Notes: a model not told the origin generated them from the sequence alone. Positions 10,238-20,594 are shown, counted from the stretch's first letter. The stretch: 64,000 bases of DNA from Acidobacteriota bacterium (GCA_965205505.1 CBDBHB010000009.1:864001-928000), one strand, 5' to 3'. Made by a program: numbers and translations.

Positions 10238-11419
10238 CTAGCTGTATCCGTGATATTCGCGCCGCTCGGGTGCTTCGTCAGGCTCGGGTGGGCTCCAACG
10301 TCCGGACTCGAAATCGAGCCAGCGCATCAACAGCGCCTCGCCGTAGGCCGGGCCAAGCTCGTCCATCAGGTCCCGCTCGCGCAGCTGCTCGACCAGAACT
10401 TCGACGTAGGTGTTGCGCCCCACGGTGATCAGCGCTGCGAGCCCGTCGTAGGCGGTTCGCAGGTCGTCGGCCGGAAAGCTCACCGTGTTGTCGACGTAGT
10501 CGATGCCCGGGACACCCTCGAGGATCTCCAGACTAGCGGGAGGTACGGCCCGCAGGGTGGCGCGGATCGGTGCGCTGACGCGCATCACGCCGGCGGTGGC
10601 GAGGTTCTCGACGGCGCGCTGGGCCGCAGCTGTCATCTCGGCATGAACTTCCTCGACGGGTCGTAGCTGCACCGACGAGGCGCTGGTGGCGGTCTTGACG
10701 GTCACGAACTCGATCCACGGCATGGTCTGGAGATCCGCCGCCAACCGATCGTCGCCCGATCCGAAGATCACCGGCACACCGAACCGACCCCACGACAGCG
10801 CCACCAGCTCGGTCTCGGTGATTGGGGCTCCGTTGATGATGATGTCCATACCCAGCGTGAAGGTGTGTGAGGCGAAGCCACCGCTGCCGGTCTTGGCGTG
10901 CATGCCGACGACGGCAACGGCGTCGTAGCTGGAGGTCTCGGGAACGTCGAAGTAGGTGTCGAATGGCGCGTCGCGCAGCATCTGCGAAGCGCGCGGATCG
11001 AGCAGGTCGGCACGGATGTCGGGATCCGGATTGCCGGAGCCGTGTCCATCGACGACGTGGACCTCGGTAGCTCCGCCGGCGAACAGTCCCTCGATCACCG
11101 CGTTCACGTCGGCGGCCAGCATCTCCTGACCGTGCGGATACTGTGGGTCGCCGAAGTCGAAGCTATGCCAGTCGTCCTGGCCCGCCAGGCCTTCCATGTC
11201 GTGGTGCACCAGGATGCGGATGCCGTCCGAGGTGTCCACCGCCGCGCTCTCGATCGTCCACGGCGCCGCGTCGTCGGCGGGCGATGCGCTCGGCGTCGCC
11301 GTCTGCTCGCCGCTAGGAGCGCCAGCGCAGCCAACAGCGGCCACGATCGTGGTGCAGACCAGCGCCGCTCGCACAACCGCCCGGTGATGAAGCCGGGTGA
11401 GGCCATCGGGACTCGACAT
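10238..11419 (-). CDS. M55 family (DppA-like) D-aminopeptidase with lipoprotein signal
   Basis: DMEG, VDGHGSG, GMHA, SHT, ITETEL, SGDD; lipobox AVGC. Confidence 0.88.
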   Translation of the reverse strand: MSSPDGLTRLHHRAVVRAALVCTTIVAAVGCAGAPSGEQTATPSASPADDAAPWTIESAAVDTSDGIRILVHHDMEGLAGQDDWHSFDFGDPQYPHGQEMLAADVNAVIEGLFAGGATEVHVVDGHGSGNPDPDIRADLLDPRASQMLRDAPFDTYFDVPETSSYDAVAVVGMHAKTGSGGFASHTFTLGMDIIINGAPITETELVALSWGRFGVPVIFGSGDDRLAADLQTMPWIEFVTVKTATSASSVQLRPVEEVHAEMTAAAQRAVENLATAGVMRVSAPIRATLRAVPPASLEILEGVPGIDYVDNTVSFPADDLRTAYDGLAALITVGRNTYVEVLVEQLRERDLMDELGPAYGEALLMRWLDFESGRWSPPEPDEAPERREYHGYS

Positions 11420-11424
11420 CGCGG

Positions 11425-11814
11425 TTACTCCTTCGTGTGCGCCTCGAGCGACGCGCGGAAGCTCGTGCCCAACGTGCTCAGCCGTTCTTCGAGTCGTTCG
11501 GTGCAGTCGCAGTCGCTGCATGCCCAAGGCTCGGTGCCGTTCTTGTCACGGCACTGCTCGGCGTTGTGCGCGTCCTTGATCCGCTCGAGCTCGAAGTATT
11601 CCTCCCAGTACGGAATCTCCTCTTCGAGCGGCGTCGGACAATAGCAAACCTCGACCCAGCGCACGCTGCCGTCGTGTAGCTGGCGAGCGTCGGCCATGTT
11701 GCGCAGGTACTCGTCGCCGGCGACCGAGCCCCGCCCGAGGCTACGATCGGCGATCGCCGTGCGCAACGCCCGCGCGCGGCCTTCCTTCAGGCGGGCTCGA
11801 ACCAGATATCGCAT
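11425..11814 (-). CDS. Hypothetical Cys-rich protein
   Basis: Well-formed 129-aa ORF with VCYC and CSDCDC; ends 5 nt before the M55 start. Confidence 0.75.
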   Translation of the reverse strand: MRYLVRARLKEGRARALRTAIADRSLGRGSVAGDEYLRNMADARQLHDGSVRWVEVCYCPTPLEEEIPYWEEYFELERIKDAHNAEQCRDKNGTEPWACSDCDCTERLEERLSTLGTSFRASLEAHTKE

Positions 11815-11959
11815 CAATCCGATTCTGGCACGCGCAGTTCGCCAGGCATACCGCCGAGCCGGCTACACGGCGGCTCGAGCTGGTATCGTCGTCCGACGAA
11901 ATAGATTTACCTGGAAACAGCCGATGCGCTTCGAGAACGGCCGGACCTCTGGAGAGCAA

Positions 11960-13387
11960 GTGAATAGGCAACAAGTTACGCCACACGGAAGAGCCTTCAT
12001 CCTGCTCTGTGCCGCAGTGAGCCTGGCTGCCGTGATGACTGGGCTGGCCGGACCCGACGGCCGGTTCACCAGCGTTGCTCACGCCACACCGAGCGCTTCG
12101 CAGCAGACGTCGATCGAAGGCACGCCGCAGTGGAGCCCCGAAGACAGGGGCAGCGATAATCTCGAGGTGGTGGCGCACCTCCCGTTGGGGGGTCGCCTCA
12201 CCGTCGCCGACATCGATATCGAGCAGGAGATCGATCGTCCGTATGCCTACGTGGGTCGCGTGGCGATCTTCGATGGTGAGCGTGGCACCGACATCATCGA
12301 TCTCAGCGACCCGGCCAATGCCTCGGTCTTGTACCGCTGGCGCATCGAGGACCAGGATCTGCACGTTGGACCGGGCGGCATGGACGTAAAGCACTTCAAG
12401 TGGAACGACCGCTACTACGTGGTGCAGTCGCTGCAGTTCGGGCAGGGTGGCCCGAACGCCGACCTGGGTGCGGTGGTGCTCGATGTGACCGATTTGCCAG
12501 ACGCGTCATCGGTGCGTGAGGCGGGACCTATCCGTGCTCCCGACCAGCCGGGAGGCTTCCACAACATCTTTGTGTACAAGCACACCAACGGACGCGTGTT
12601 GCTGTTCGCGACGGTGCGCGGACCGTACGCGCACGTCTACGACCTCGGCTACTTGGTCGACGGCGTGGGCGGGGAAGATGATCAGGACGCGCTCGTCGCT
12701 CAGGTCCCGGTGGGCTCCGAGAGCGACAGCCCGATGCGTGGCTACCACGACCTCTACGTCGGGTATCACCCCGACACCCAACAGGATCGCTTCTACGGTG
12801 GCGGTACGGGTGGCTACTACATCTACGACGTCACCGATCTGGAGAACCCACAACTGCAGATCTCGCTCGTCGGCATCGAGGGCGTGGAGTGGGGGCACAC
12901 GTTCACGCCCTCGCCGAACGGCCGTTACGTGGTGGGCGAGACCGAATATCGCTACGCGCCGCTTCGTATCTTCGATCTCAAGCCGGCGCTCGACGGCGAG
13001 ACCAGTGTGATCCGCCAGCCGATCTCCGCCTGGACCGCCGATTGGCGCCACCTGGTCCACAATCACGAGGTGCGTTGGCCCTACGTATTCGTCTCCGGCT
13101 ACGTCGACGGCCTGCAGATATTTACTCTGGCCGACCCGCAAAACCCGGCCACCGTTGCCTGGTACGACACCTATCTGGGTCCGCTCAATACCGACTTCAA
13201 CCCGGTATTCAACGGCGCCTTCGGCGTTGACGTGCGCAACGAAGACGGCCTCATCGTGGTGTCGGACTCGACCAGCGGATTCTGGGCCTTCCGCATGGAG
13301 GGGTTCCACGGCTGGAACGGGGCGGAGTGGGGGATGCCCGACGTTTCCAGCGCGCAGAAATGGGACGTGGGGCCGGGCGGCGAATAG
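11960..13387 (+). CDS. Secreted LVIVD-repeat / beta-propeller protein
   Basis: Repeats IIDLSDP, VLDVTD, IYDVTDLENP, IFTLADPQNP; conserved His (GFHN, GYHD, WGHT, VHNHE); signal peptide. Confidence 0.8.
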   Translation: MNRQQVTPHGRAFILLCAAVSLAAVMTGLAGPDGRFTSVAHATPSASQQTSIEGTPQWSPEDRGSDNLEVVAHLPLGGRLTVADIDIEQEIDRPYAYVGRVAIFDGERGTDIIDLSDPANASVLYRWRIEDQDLHVGPGGMDVKHFKWNDRYYVVQSLQFGQGGPNADLGAVVLDVTDLPDASSVREAGPIRAPDQPGGFHNIFVYKHTNGRVLLFATVRGPYAHVYDLGYLVDGVGGEDDQDALVAQVPVGSESDSPMRGYHDLYVGYHPDTQQDRFYGGGTGGYYIYDVTDLENPQLQISLVGIEGVEWGHTFTPSPNGRYVVGETEYRYAPLRIFDLKPALDGETSVIRQPISAWTADWRHLVHNHEVRWPYVFVSGYVDGLQIFTLADPQNPATVAWYDTYLGPLNTDFNPVFNGAFGVDVRNEDGLIVVSDSTSGFWAFRMEGFHGWNGAEWGMPDVSSAQKWDVGPGGE

Positions 13388-13428
13388 TAGGGCTGCGCTC
13401 GAGTCGCGAAACGCCGCCGGTCCGCTAG

Positions 13429-15084
13429 TTACGCGGGTCCGAGCAGCAGGAAAGGTGTTACCTCCTTCTGGCGGCCCTTCACCTGCATCTTGGGTAACGG
13501 CTCGCAGCGGAAGAGCTTCTTCACGCGCTCATGCGTGCTCTCCCCGATAGCGATTTGCCCGGCGCTGGCGATCGTACTCTCGAGCCGGCTGGCGACGTTC
13601 ACCGTGTCGCCCACAACGGTGTAGTCACGTCGCTTCTGGGAGCCGATGTCGCCGACGATTGCGGGTCCGGTGTTCACCCCGATGCGCATGCTGACGCGCC
13701 GGTCCTCCGGTAGCTCGGAGTTGATGGCGTCGAGGGCTTCGGACATTTCCCACGCCGCCGCTACAGCACGCTCGGCGTGGTCAGGTTGGTCGAACGGCGC
13801 TCCGAAGAACGCCATCATGCCGTCGCCCATGAACTTGTCCAACGTGCCCTCATGAGTGAACACAACTCGGGTGAGCTGTTCGAAGATGGAGTTCAGGAGC
13901 CGCGCGGTGTCGGCGGGCGCCATCGACTCGGATAGTGCTGTGAAGTCGCAGAGGTCGGTGAACAGAACGCTGATGTCACGTTCCTCGGCCAACATCTCGC
14001 TGTACTCACCGAGCGACTTCAACCGCTCGATTACCGAGGGCGAGCTGTAGCGCTCGAGTCGGGAGCGAATCTCTAGCTGGTGGGCGATCTCCTCGCGATA
14101 GCGCGTTTGCCGGATGCCGATGGCGCCGAGCATTCCAAGGACCGTTACCAGACGAAGGTCGCGCTCGCCGAAACGCGAAGCGTTATCGCGGGTGTCCAAA
14201 TAGATCAATCCCTGGACCTGACCGTCATGCTCCATCGGCACGCATACGGCCGAGCGAATATCCATCCGCGCGATCGTGTCGCTGGCGGTGAAGCGGTCGT
14301 CGGCGTCCACCTCGCGGATCAGGAAGGCCTTGTGCTCCTGCACCGCCCCGGTGGCGATCTTGCGGCTGATGCGCAGCTCGTCGTCCCCCTCGAGGCCGCG
14401 CACGACGACAGGACGCAGCTCCGCGCCTTCCTCCTCGCATAGGGTGATGGCGCCGCGCTGGGCGGGTACGTTGTCGAACGCCAGTTGCATGATTTCTTCC
14501 AGAACTTTCTCTACGCTCACGACACCGAGCAGCGCCTCGGCGGCGCTGCTAAACAGCTCCAACACGTGGTGGGCACTCAGCGTCGATCTCGAGCTGACGC
14601 TGAGTCCTCCTGGCGAAGCCGCTGGCTCGGCGGCGGTCTTGTTGGCCGCATCGGCAGCACCGACCGCGTCCCGTGCGCCCATCTGGAGTAGCTGCAACAC
14701 GTCGGCCGAGGCGATGAACGTGCCTACTGACTCGTCCGGGTCGCGCTCGTCGAAGACGATTCCGCCGCCGGCGTCTTCTTCGATGCTGACGGTGAGCTCG
14801 TAGGTGTGAACGGTCACGATGTCTCCGTCGGACAGCAGTCCCGGCTGGCGAAGTTCCTCGCCGTTGACGGCCGTGCCGTTGGTGCTGCCCAGGTCTTTGA
14901 TCGTCCGCTTGCCACCGTCGTGCTTCAGGCGCGCGTGATGCCGCGAAACCTCCGAGTCCTCGATCACGAGGCGACACTCCGCAGCGCGCCCGATCTCGGC
15001 GCCGCTCGGCGGCACCGTCACTTCGAAGGTATCGCCATCGATGGCGTAACGAAGCGTCAGTTTGGTCTTGGCATCCTCAGTCAC
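13429..15084 (-). CDS. FHA-GAF-class III adenylate/guanylate cyclase
   Basis: FHA (IGRA..VSRHHA..DLGSTNGT), GAF (SAVCVPM), cyclase (FTDLCDFT, DKFMGDG, DYTVVGDTVNVASRL). Confidence 0.93.
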   Translation of the reverse strand: MTEDAKTKLTLRYAIDGDTFEVTVPPSGAEIGRAAECRLVIEDSEVSRHHARLKHDGGKRTIKDLGSTNGTAVNGEELRQPGLLSDGDIVTVHTYELTVSIEEDAGGGIVFDERDPDESVGTFIASADVLQLLQMGARDAVGAADAANKTAAEPAASPGGLSVSSRSTLSAHHVLELFSSAAEALLGVVSVEKVLEEIMQLAFDNVPAQRGAITLCEEEGAELRPVVVRGLEGDDELRISRKIATGAVQEHKAFLIREVDADDRFTASDTIARMDIRSAVCVPMEHDGQVQGLIYLDTRDNASRFGERDLRLVTVLGMLGAIGIRQTRYREEIAHQLEIRSRLERYSSPSVIERLKSLGEYSEMLAEERDISVLFTDLCDFTALSESMAPADTARLLNSIFEQLTRVVFTHEGTLDKFMGDGMMAFFGAPFDQPDHAERAVAAAWEMSEALDAINSELPEDRRVSMRIGVNTGPAIVGDIGSQKRRDYTVVGDTVNVASRLESTIASAGQIAIGESTHERVKKLFRCEPLPKMQVKGRQKEVTPFLLLGPA

Positions 15085-15976
15085 GCACCACACTCCCGAG
15101 AACGTACGTGTCGCCCTCGCGCGCCATCGACGTGTTGGGGAGGCGCTGTCTGGCCAGGCCTTCGATCGCGGCGAGCTCGTCATCGTTGTGGGCCGAATCG
15201 TGATGGAACAGCAGCAGCCTTCCGACACGCGCGGCGCTCGCCAGCTCGACGCCCGCTTCCCATGTGCTATGACCCCAGCCGACGCGGGTGGTGTATTTCG
15301 CCGGCGTGTACTGGGCATCGTAGATCAGCAGATCGGCCCCGGTTGCCGCGTCGCGGATCGCCTCGTCGACAATGGTGTCACCGTGCTCGTGATCAGATGC
15401 GTACAGCATCGACTGGCTTCCATCGTCGATCCGGAAGCCGCTCGCTCCCTGCGGGTGAGTCAGGGCCACCGGGGTTACGCGGGCGTCGCCGATCTCCATA
15501 CCTTCCGCTGGCAGGCTCACGAACCGTCGCTGCGCGGCGGTCTGGTCCAGGCGGATAGGGAAGAAGGGCGCCTGCATCTGGCCGTCCAGGGCGGCCTCGA
15601 TGCGGTCTCTGCTGGCGGCGGCGTAGAACACGATCTCGCTGCGCTCGTCGAACAGCGGTGCGAAGTACGGAATCCCCTGAATATGATCCCAGTGGAAGTG
15701 GGAGAGCAGCACATGCACGGTTGCCCCGCCGCTACTGAATTCGTCGTCGAGCGCCTCGCCAAGCCGGCGCATCCCCGTGCCGCCGTCGATCACCAGCACG
15801 TCGTTACTTGAAGTGCGCAGCTCCAAACACGGCGTGTTGCCCCCATGCCCGAGGTGGTCCGTCTGCGGTGTGGGCACGGAGCCACGAACTCCCCAGAAGC
15901 GAATCTGTGGCAGAGCGCCTGTGGTCGTTCCTTCAGTTGACGCGAGCATGACGCCCTCAGCGCTCATCGCCGGCAC
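15077..15976 (-). CDS. MBL-fold metallo-hydrolase (RNase Z / phosphodiesterase-like)
   Basis: FWGVRGS, GGNTPC, SHFHWDHIQG, GWGHS, LFHHD; start uncertain; overlaps the cyclase start. Confidence 0.9.
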   Translation of the reverse strand: MPAMSAEGVMLASTEGTTTGALPQIRFWGVRGSVPTPQTDHLGHGGNTPCLELRTSSNDVLVIDGGTGMRRLGEALDDEFSSGGATVHVLLSHFHWDHIQGIPYFAPLFDERSEIVFYAAASRDRIEAALDGQMQAPFFPIRLDQTAAQRRFVSLPAEGMEIGDARVTPVALTHPQGASGFRIDDGSQSMLYASDHEHGDTIVDEAIRDAATGADLLIYDAQYTPAKYTTRVGWGHSTWEAGVELASAARVGRLLLFHHDSAHNDDELAAIEGLARQRLPNTSMAREGDTYVLGSVVRD

Positions 15977-15980
15977 GCAG

Positions 15981-15997
15981 TGTTACAGGCCACTAGT
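15981..15997. repeat. Solo end of the palindromic MITE-like repeat (TGTTACAGGCCACTAGT)
   Basis: 17-nt exact match to 57113..57129. Confidence 0.7.
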
Positions 15998-16082
15998 GCC
16001 AGGCTGTTGACTGCCTCGTTGACTGCGCCATTCTACTTGTCCGGACGCTTGTCGTCGGGGCTGGTCGATCAACGGCCGCGGC

Positions 16083-17135
16083 TCAGCGTCGGAGCCCGAA
16101 GAACAGCTGGGTCTCGCAGGGCACCGACAACGTCTCGAACCGTTCGAACCCGGCCTCGGCAGCCAGCCTCTGCGCGCCCTCCGTTCCGATCAGCGTTCCC
16201 AGGCCGGGCCCGCCGGCTGCCAGCGATATGGTCAAACAGTGGAATGGGCTCAGGGCGGCTCGCATGCGGGACAGCGTGTCGCGATTTTCGAGCGGGTTCA
16301 CCGACCCGGTGGGCTCCGACCACACCAGTAGCCCGTCGTCGCTGAGGTGCTCTCGGATCGTTCGCAGTGCCCCGACCGGGTCGGCCATGTCGTGAATGCA
16401 GTCGATGGCGAGAGCCAGCTCGAAACGCAGGTCGGGCTCGATACGTTGCAGCGGCAGGGCCACGAACTCGGCGTTGACGACCCCACCCTCAACAGCCAGG
16501 GCGCGGGCGAACTCGATGCTGGGCGGGTGGGGATCGACGCCGAGCACGCTGGAGCGCGGATACGCGCGGGCTATGGCAATGGTGGAGCGCCCCAGCCCGC
16601 ACCCCACGTCGAGCACCCTGATGCCCTCTTCCAGGAGGGCGTTGACACCGGCAATGGCCGTCAGCCATTCGTCGGTGAGTAGGTGATCGAACCAGGCGCG
16701 GTGCATCCGATCGATGGCCGCCGGTACCTCTGGGTGCAGCTCGTCGTAGGCGATGCCTCCGCCGTTTCGAAACACTTCCATCAGCTGTTCGGTGCGTAGC
16801 AGCGACGGCAGCGTGAAATGGAAGGTGCCGGCACCGAACACGGCAGAGCCCTCGTCCACGAGTACGGCGTGCTGCTCCTCGGTCATCGCGTACTTCTCGG
16901 CTGCGTCGTCGTACTCGATGTAGCCGAATGCCGCCAACGCCTTGAGCCACTCACGCACGTAGCGTTCGTTCAGGTCGGTGGCTGCTGCCAGTGCGAAGCT
17001 GTCGGCCGGGCCGAATTGCGCGACGGCGGCGAACAGTCCGAGGCGGTCACCGATGTAAGCAAGGCCGGACACGAACGCGCCGCCGGTGTCGCGTCGAATC
17101 TGTTTGAGAAGCTGCTGTACGGTTTCGTCGTTCAT
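16083..17135 (-). CDS. Class I SAM methyltransferase with N-terminal wHTH (Rv2258c-like)
   Basis: GDRLGLF..LNERYVREWL, VLDVGCGLG, DCIHDMADP; RBS AGGAG. Confidence 0.92.
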   Translation of the reverse strand: MNDETVQQLLKQIRRDTGGAFVSGLAYIGDRLGLFAAVAQFGPADSFALAAATDLNERYVREWLKALAAFGYIEYDDAAEKYAMTEEQHAVLVDEGSAVFGAGTFHFTLPSLLRTEQLMEVFRNGGGIAYDELHPEVPAAIDRMHRAWFDHLLTDEWLTAIAGVNALLEEGIRVLDVGCGLGRSTIAIARAYPRSSVLGVDPHPPSIEFARALAVEGGVVNAEFVALPLQRIEPDLRFELALAIDCIHDMADPVGALRTIREHLSDDGLLVWSEPTGSVNPLENRDTLSRMRAALSPFHCLTISLAAGGPGLGTLIGTEGAQRLAAEAGFERFETLSVPCETQLFFGLRR

Positions 17136-17149
17136 GCTCCTGACGGCGC

Positions 17150-18637
17150 TCAGCCGAATAACTGGATACCGAATACGCGGGCCGCGATCAAGATTCCGCT
17201 GAGTCCAGTGAACACTACCAGCGACGCGCCACTGAACCAGATCGCGAACCGTGACGGGTAATACTGCCTGGCGTGCTTCGGAATGATGGTCAGGCAGTAG
17301 TAGAGATTGAGGAAGAAGATCACCGGCGCGACGAAGAAGGCGAGTGCGGAGGCTACCAGCACCAGGAACACCGGACGCGGCAGACCAATGATGATCGCTA
17401 CTGCCGAGACCAGCGAGAAGAACATCGTGGCGCGGTAGATGTTGTACTCGGAAGACCACGCGGTGCGGTGCTCCTCGGTGAGCTCGGCGCCGGCGGTCCC
17501 CTGCAGTCGGGCGGTGCTATGGAACATGTTGCGGCAGCAGGCGCCGACGACGCGGGGCCAGCCATCGAAGTAGTTGAAGACGGTCGAGAACGTGGCCGCA
17601 AAAGCACCGACCAGAAACACGACCATCATCCAGGGGCCTACGCTATTGGTAAAGATACCGGCGATCTCGCCCATCACCGCGCGCCCCTCGACCGGGCTGG
17701 GATAGAGCCATACCGCCGCCAGCAGCAGGAAGATGCACGCCATGCCGAACGACACCACGTGCCCGAGACGGAAGTCCCAGAGGCTGATGCGGAACCAGTC
17801 TCGACAGTACTCCTGCGCCGCCTCGGGTAGCCGATCAGGGTCCACTGTGAGGTCTTCTTTCCTCGATGAAAACGGATCGAACGCCTTGGCCAGTCCGCGT
17901 CGCTCCAACTCAGGCCGGATCCGGCTCATGCCGGCGCGCTTGGCCTTGCCCCACTCGGAAGCCTGCAGCGAAACGTCCAGTCCGGTCGGTAACAGTCCGA
18001 GGAACGCTGCAATGAGCAGCCACGACCCGACCGGAGTTTCTACGATCCAGAAGTGCTGCAGCGCAGCAAGCGGTGCCGGCCTTACCAGGTACACGGCAAT
18101 CGTCGTTAGGCACAATGCGATAGCGGCAGCCTTGGCGGTGTTCTCGACCGCACGATAGCTGCCGGCCAACAGTATGGTTACCGAAAAGACACCCAACACG
18201 ACTGCGTATGCTCCAAGCGGTAGCGGCAATCCGAACGACACCGTGAACACCGAGTAGAGCACCGCGGATGCGGCGATCAGCCGCCCAGCCTGCCCAATTG
18301 CACATTGCACCAGCGTGGTCACCAGCACGTACCAGAGCGGCCATTTCTTCCAGGCCGTGCCGTATGCTTCGAGGAGGCTCTTACCGGTCGCGCTGGTGAA
18401 GCGGAAGGCCATCTCGAAGCCGTAGTACTTGAAGATGTAAGCGACCGGGATGCACCACAGCAGGGCGTACTGGAAACGACCGCCGGCGGTGGGAGCGGTG
18501 ATCAGGTGGCTGGTGCCGATGCCAGTCATCATCAGGATGATGCCGGGGCCGAAGTAGCCCATCAGGCCGCGCAGCGTCAGGTTGGGGGGGCGGAGCCCCT
18601 CGAGGTCGAGGTTCTCGGTCGAAGGGCTCATGGCCAT
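17150..18637 (-). CDS. Nramp-related (APC fold) transporter
   Basis: GPGIILMMTGIGTSHL..AGGRFQYALLW, many TM segments, GAFAATFST; canonical DPGN motif absent. Confidence 0.8.
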   Translation of the reverse strand: MAMSPSTENLDLEGLRPPNLTLRGLMGYFGPGIILMMTGIGTSHLITAPTAGGRFQYALLWCIPVAYIFKYYGFEMAFRFTSATGKSLLEAYGTAWKKWPLWYVLVTTLVQCAIGQAGRLIAASAVLYSVFTVSFGLPLPLGAYAVVLGVFSVTILLAGSYRAVENTAKAAAIALCLTTIAVYLVRPAPLAALQHFWIVETPVGSWLLIAAFLGLLPTGLDVSLQASEWGKAKRAGMSRIRPELERRGLAKAFDPFSSRKEDLTVDPDRLPEAAQEYCRDWFRISLWDFRLGHVVSFGMACIFLLLAAVWLYPSPVEGRAVMGEIAGIFTNSVGPWMMVVFLVGAFAATFSTVFNYFDGWPRVVGACCRNMFHSTARLQGTAGAELTEEHRTAWSSEYNIYRATMFFSLVSAVAIIIGLPRPVFLVLVASALAFFVAPVIFFLNLYYCLTIIPKHARQYYPSRFAIWFSGASLVVFTGLSGILIAARVFGIQLFG

Positions 18638-18763
18638 CAAACTTCTCCTGGCTCGCTTGGTGGGCGATTTCTTGCAGCAGCCGCTCCGATGCTGAGCTAA
18701 CGTATCGACTGATGCAAGGGTCGCGAATCCTCGCCGCTTGCAAACCGGGACGACGCGCCAACT

Positions 18764-18827
18764 ATGACCGATTCGCGCATTCCTAGGCGCGTTCTCCTTG
18801 GGCCTGGTCCGAGCCATGTCGATGACG
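18764..18827 (+). pseudogene. N-terminal remnant of a class V (alanine-glyoxylate-type) aminotransferase
   Basis: MTDSRIPRRVLLGPGPSHV matches the family's N-terminal LLGPGPS motif; similarity stops after ~21 codons. Confidence 0.55.
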
Positions 18828-18855
18828 TGGCATCGAGATCGGCGGCGGGCGGGGT

Positions 18856-19029
18856 TTACCCGTGCACGTACGTCAGCGAGGCTGGTTGCAACACCCCTAG
18901 CGCACCGGCCTCGGAAGCCGCCGCCACCAACTCCGGGTTGGAGTATGGGTACATGGGACCGCAGATCAGCGGCACCTCGACGCCGGCGTGCCGCGTGAGA
19001 TCAGTGGCCAGCGAAGCCAGGGTGCTCAA
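18856..19029 (-). pseudogene. N-terminal remnant of a nitronate monooxygenase
   Basis: RBS GGAGGA + TTG overlapping the upstream stop; AGVEVPLICGPMYPYSNPELVAAASEAGALG, then TAA after 57 codons. Confidence 0.7.
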
Positions 19030-19511
19030 GTGCTCCTCCGATCCAGCCGCCAGGTCGCGGTTAGCCTAGCGACTTCTTCGCCTGCGCCATCGCGGATCAC
19101 AGCGGCCGGATGATAGTCCATCGGCCCCGCGACCTCCGGTGGGTTACAGCTACACTCCGCGCAGAGCGTTCCTCGTGCTTTCTTGACGTATTCGATCTGC
19201 AGCGCCACGGCAATGCCGCGGATTTCCGGGGCCAGGCCGGTCAGCATGGCCAGCCCGCTGCACAGCTCCCCGAGGTTTGCCAACGCCACAGCATGCACTG
19301 AATCGAGGTGATTGCGAACGCGTCGACGGTCGCGCAGGGTCACGCGACAGTATCCCGGCCGCAAATCGACGATCTGCGCGCCGATACTGCCCGTATAGGG
19401 CGCCATCCGTCCGACTAGCCAGGAGAACATCCGCTTGCCGCCGGGTAGCCGGCTCAGGCGGCCCCAGTTGGCCATCAACGTGGTTTCCGGAGCGGGGCGA
19501 GAGCGCCTCAT
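19026..19511 (-). CDS. Hotdog-fold thioesterase (DUF4442/PaaI-like)
   Basis: [35 protein letters not shown]; RBS AGGAGG. Confidence 0.9.
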   Translation of the reverse strand: MRRSRPAPETTLMANWGRLSRLPGGKRMFSWLVGRMAPYTGSIGAQIVDLRPGYCRVTLRDRRRVRNHLDSVHAVALANLGELCSGLAMLTGLAPEIRGIAVALQIEYVKKARGTLCAECSCNPPEVAGPMDYHPAAVIRDGAGEEVARLTATWRLDRRST

Positions 19512-19585
19512 GGGCTGCCTCCTGACTCGATCTCGAGGTAACTGATCGCGCCGCTTGGGGCGGCGCCGCAGCGGGTCACGGGTCG

Positions 19586-20359
19586 CTAGCTCAGATCCGC
19601 GATGACAGGGGCGTGATCGGAAGCAATGAGCCCCTCCTTCTTCTTGCGATAGTCGCGATCGATCCAAACGTCTTCAATGCGTTCGCATAGCGCCGGCGTG
19701 CCGAGCAGAAAATCGATGCGGAGTCCCATGCCTCGGTGAAACGCGCCGCCCCGGTAGTCCCACCAGGAGAACTTCTGCTCATCGGGGTACCGTAGGCGGA
19801 AAAGATCTTCCAAGCCTCCGTCGAGCAGACGCTTGAAGGCCCGACGTTCCTCGTCGGTATGAAAGATGGCGCCACGCATGGCGCTCTCGTTCCAGCTGTC
19901 GATTCCCTCAGGGCAGATGTTGAAGTCGCCGCAGAGAACGGTCTGTTTCCCCGCCGGGCTCGACGTAGCCATGTGATCGATCAACGAGTCGAACCAGGCG
20001 AGCTTCCTCGGGAAGTCCTCGTGATCGACGGTCTTGCCGTTGGGCACGTAGATGGTGGTGAAGTCCAGGTTGCCGATCCGGGCAGTCAGCAGTCGCGCCC
20101 CGCGCTCCTCCTGACCTGGCAGACCGACCTGCAGAAGCTCGGCTGGCTCGCGACTCAAGATCGCCACGCCGTTCCACGCCTTCTGGCCGTGGGCGACGGC
20201 ATGATAGCCCTCCGCCTGAAATGCCAGATGCGGAAACTTGTCGTCGGCTGTCTTGAGCTCTTGCAAGCCCACCACGTCGGGCTGGCGCGCGCGTAACCAA
20301 TGCGATACGAAATCGATTCGGGCGCCGAGACCGTTGATGTTCCAGGTTGCGATGCGCAT
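19586..20359 (-). CDS. xth: Exodeoxyribonuclease III
   Basis: [43 protein letters not shown]. Confidence 0.96.
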   Translation of the reverse strand: MRIATWNINGLGARIDFVSHWLRARQPDVVGLQELKTADDKFPHLAFQAEGYHAVAHGQKAWNGVAILSREPAELLQVGLPGQEERGARLLTARIGNLDFTTIYVPNGKTVDHEDFPRKLAWFDSLIDHMATSSPAGKQTVLCGDFNICPEGIDSWNESAMRGAIFHTDEERRAFKRLLDGGLEDLFRLRYPDEQKFSWWDYRGGAFHRGMGLRIDFLLGTPALCERIEDVWIDRDYRKKKEGLIASDHAPVIADLS

Positions 20360-20594
20360 CAGGCGATCAGGGTCGGTGGATCGGTCCGGGAACAGAGCAC
20401 GTTAACCGGCCGGCAATCGACCCGCCAGCCGAACTTTCCATTCGCCGGACTGGCCAGTGAGGGGCGCAGGAGCGTATGCTCGATTGAGCATCTCCGCAAA
20501 GGGGCGAAAGCGTTCGATCTTCGGCGCCTGTGGCGCACGGTCGAAATGGCCGGGGATCTGGTTCGGGAGGCGCGAACCGGAGGCGTATAGCGTC

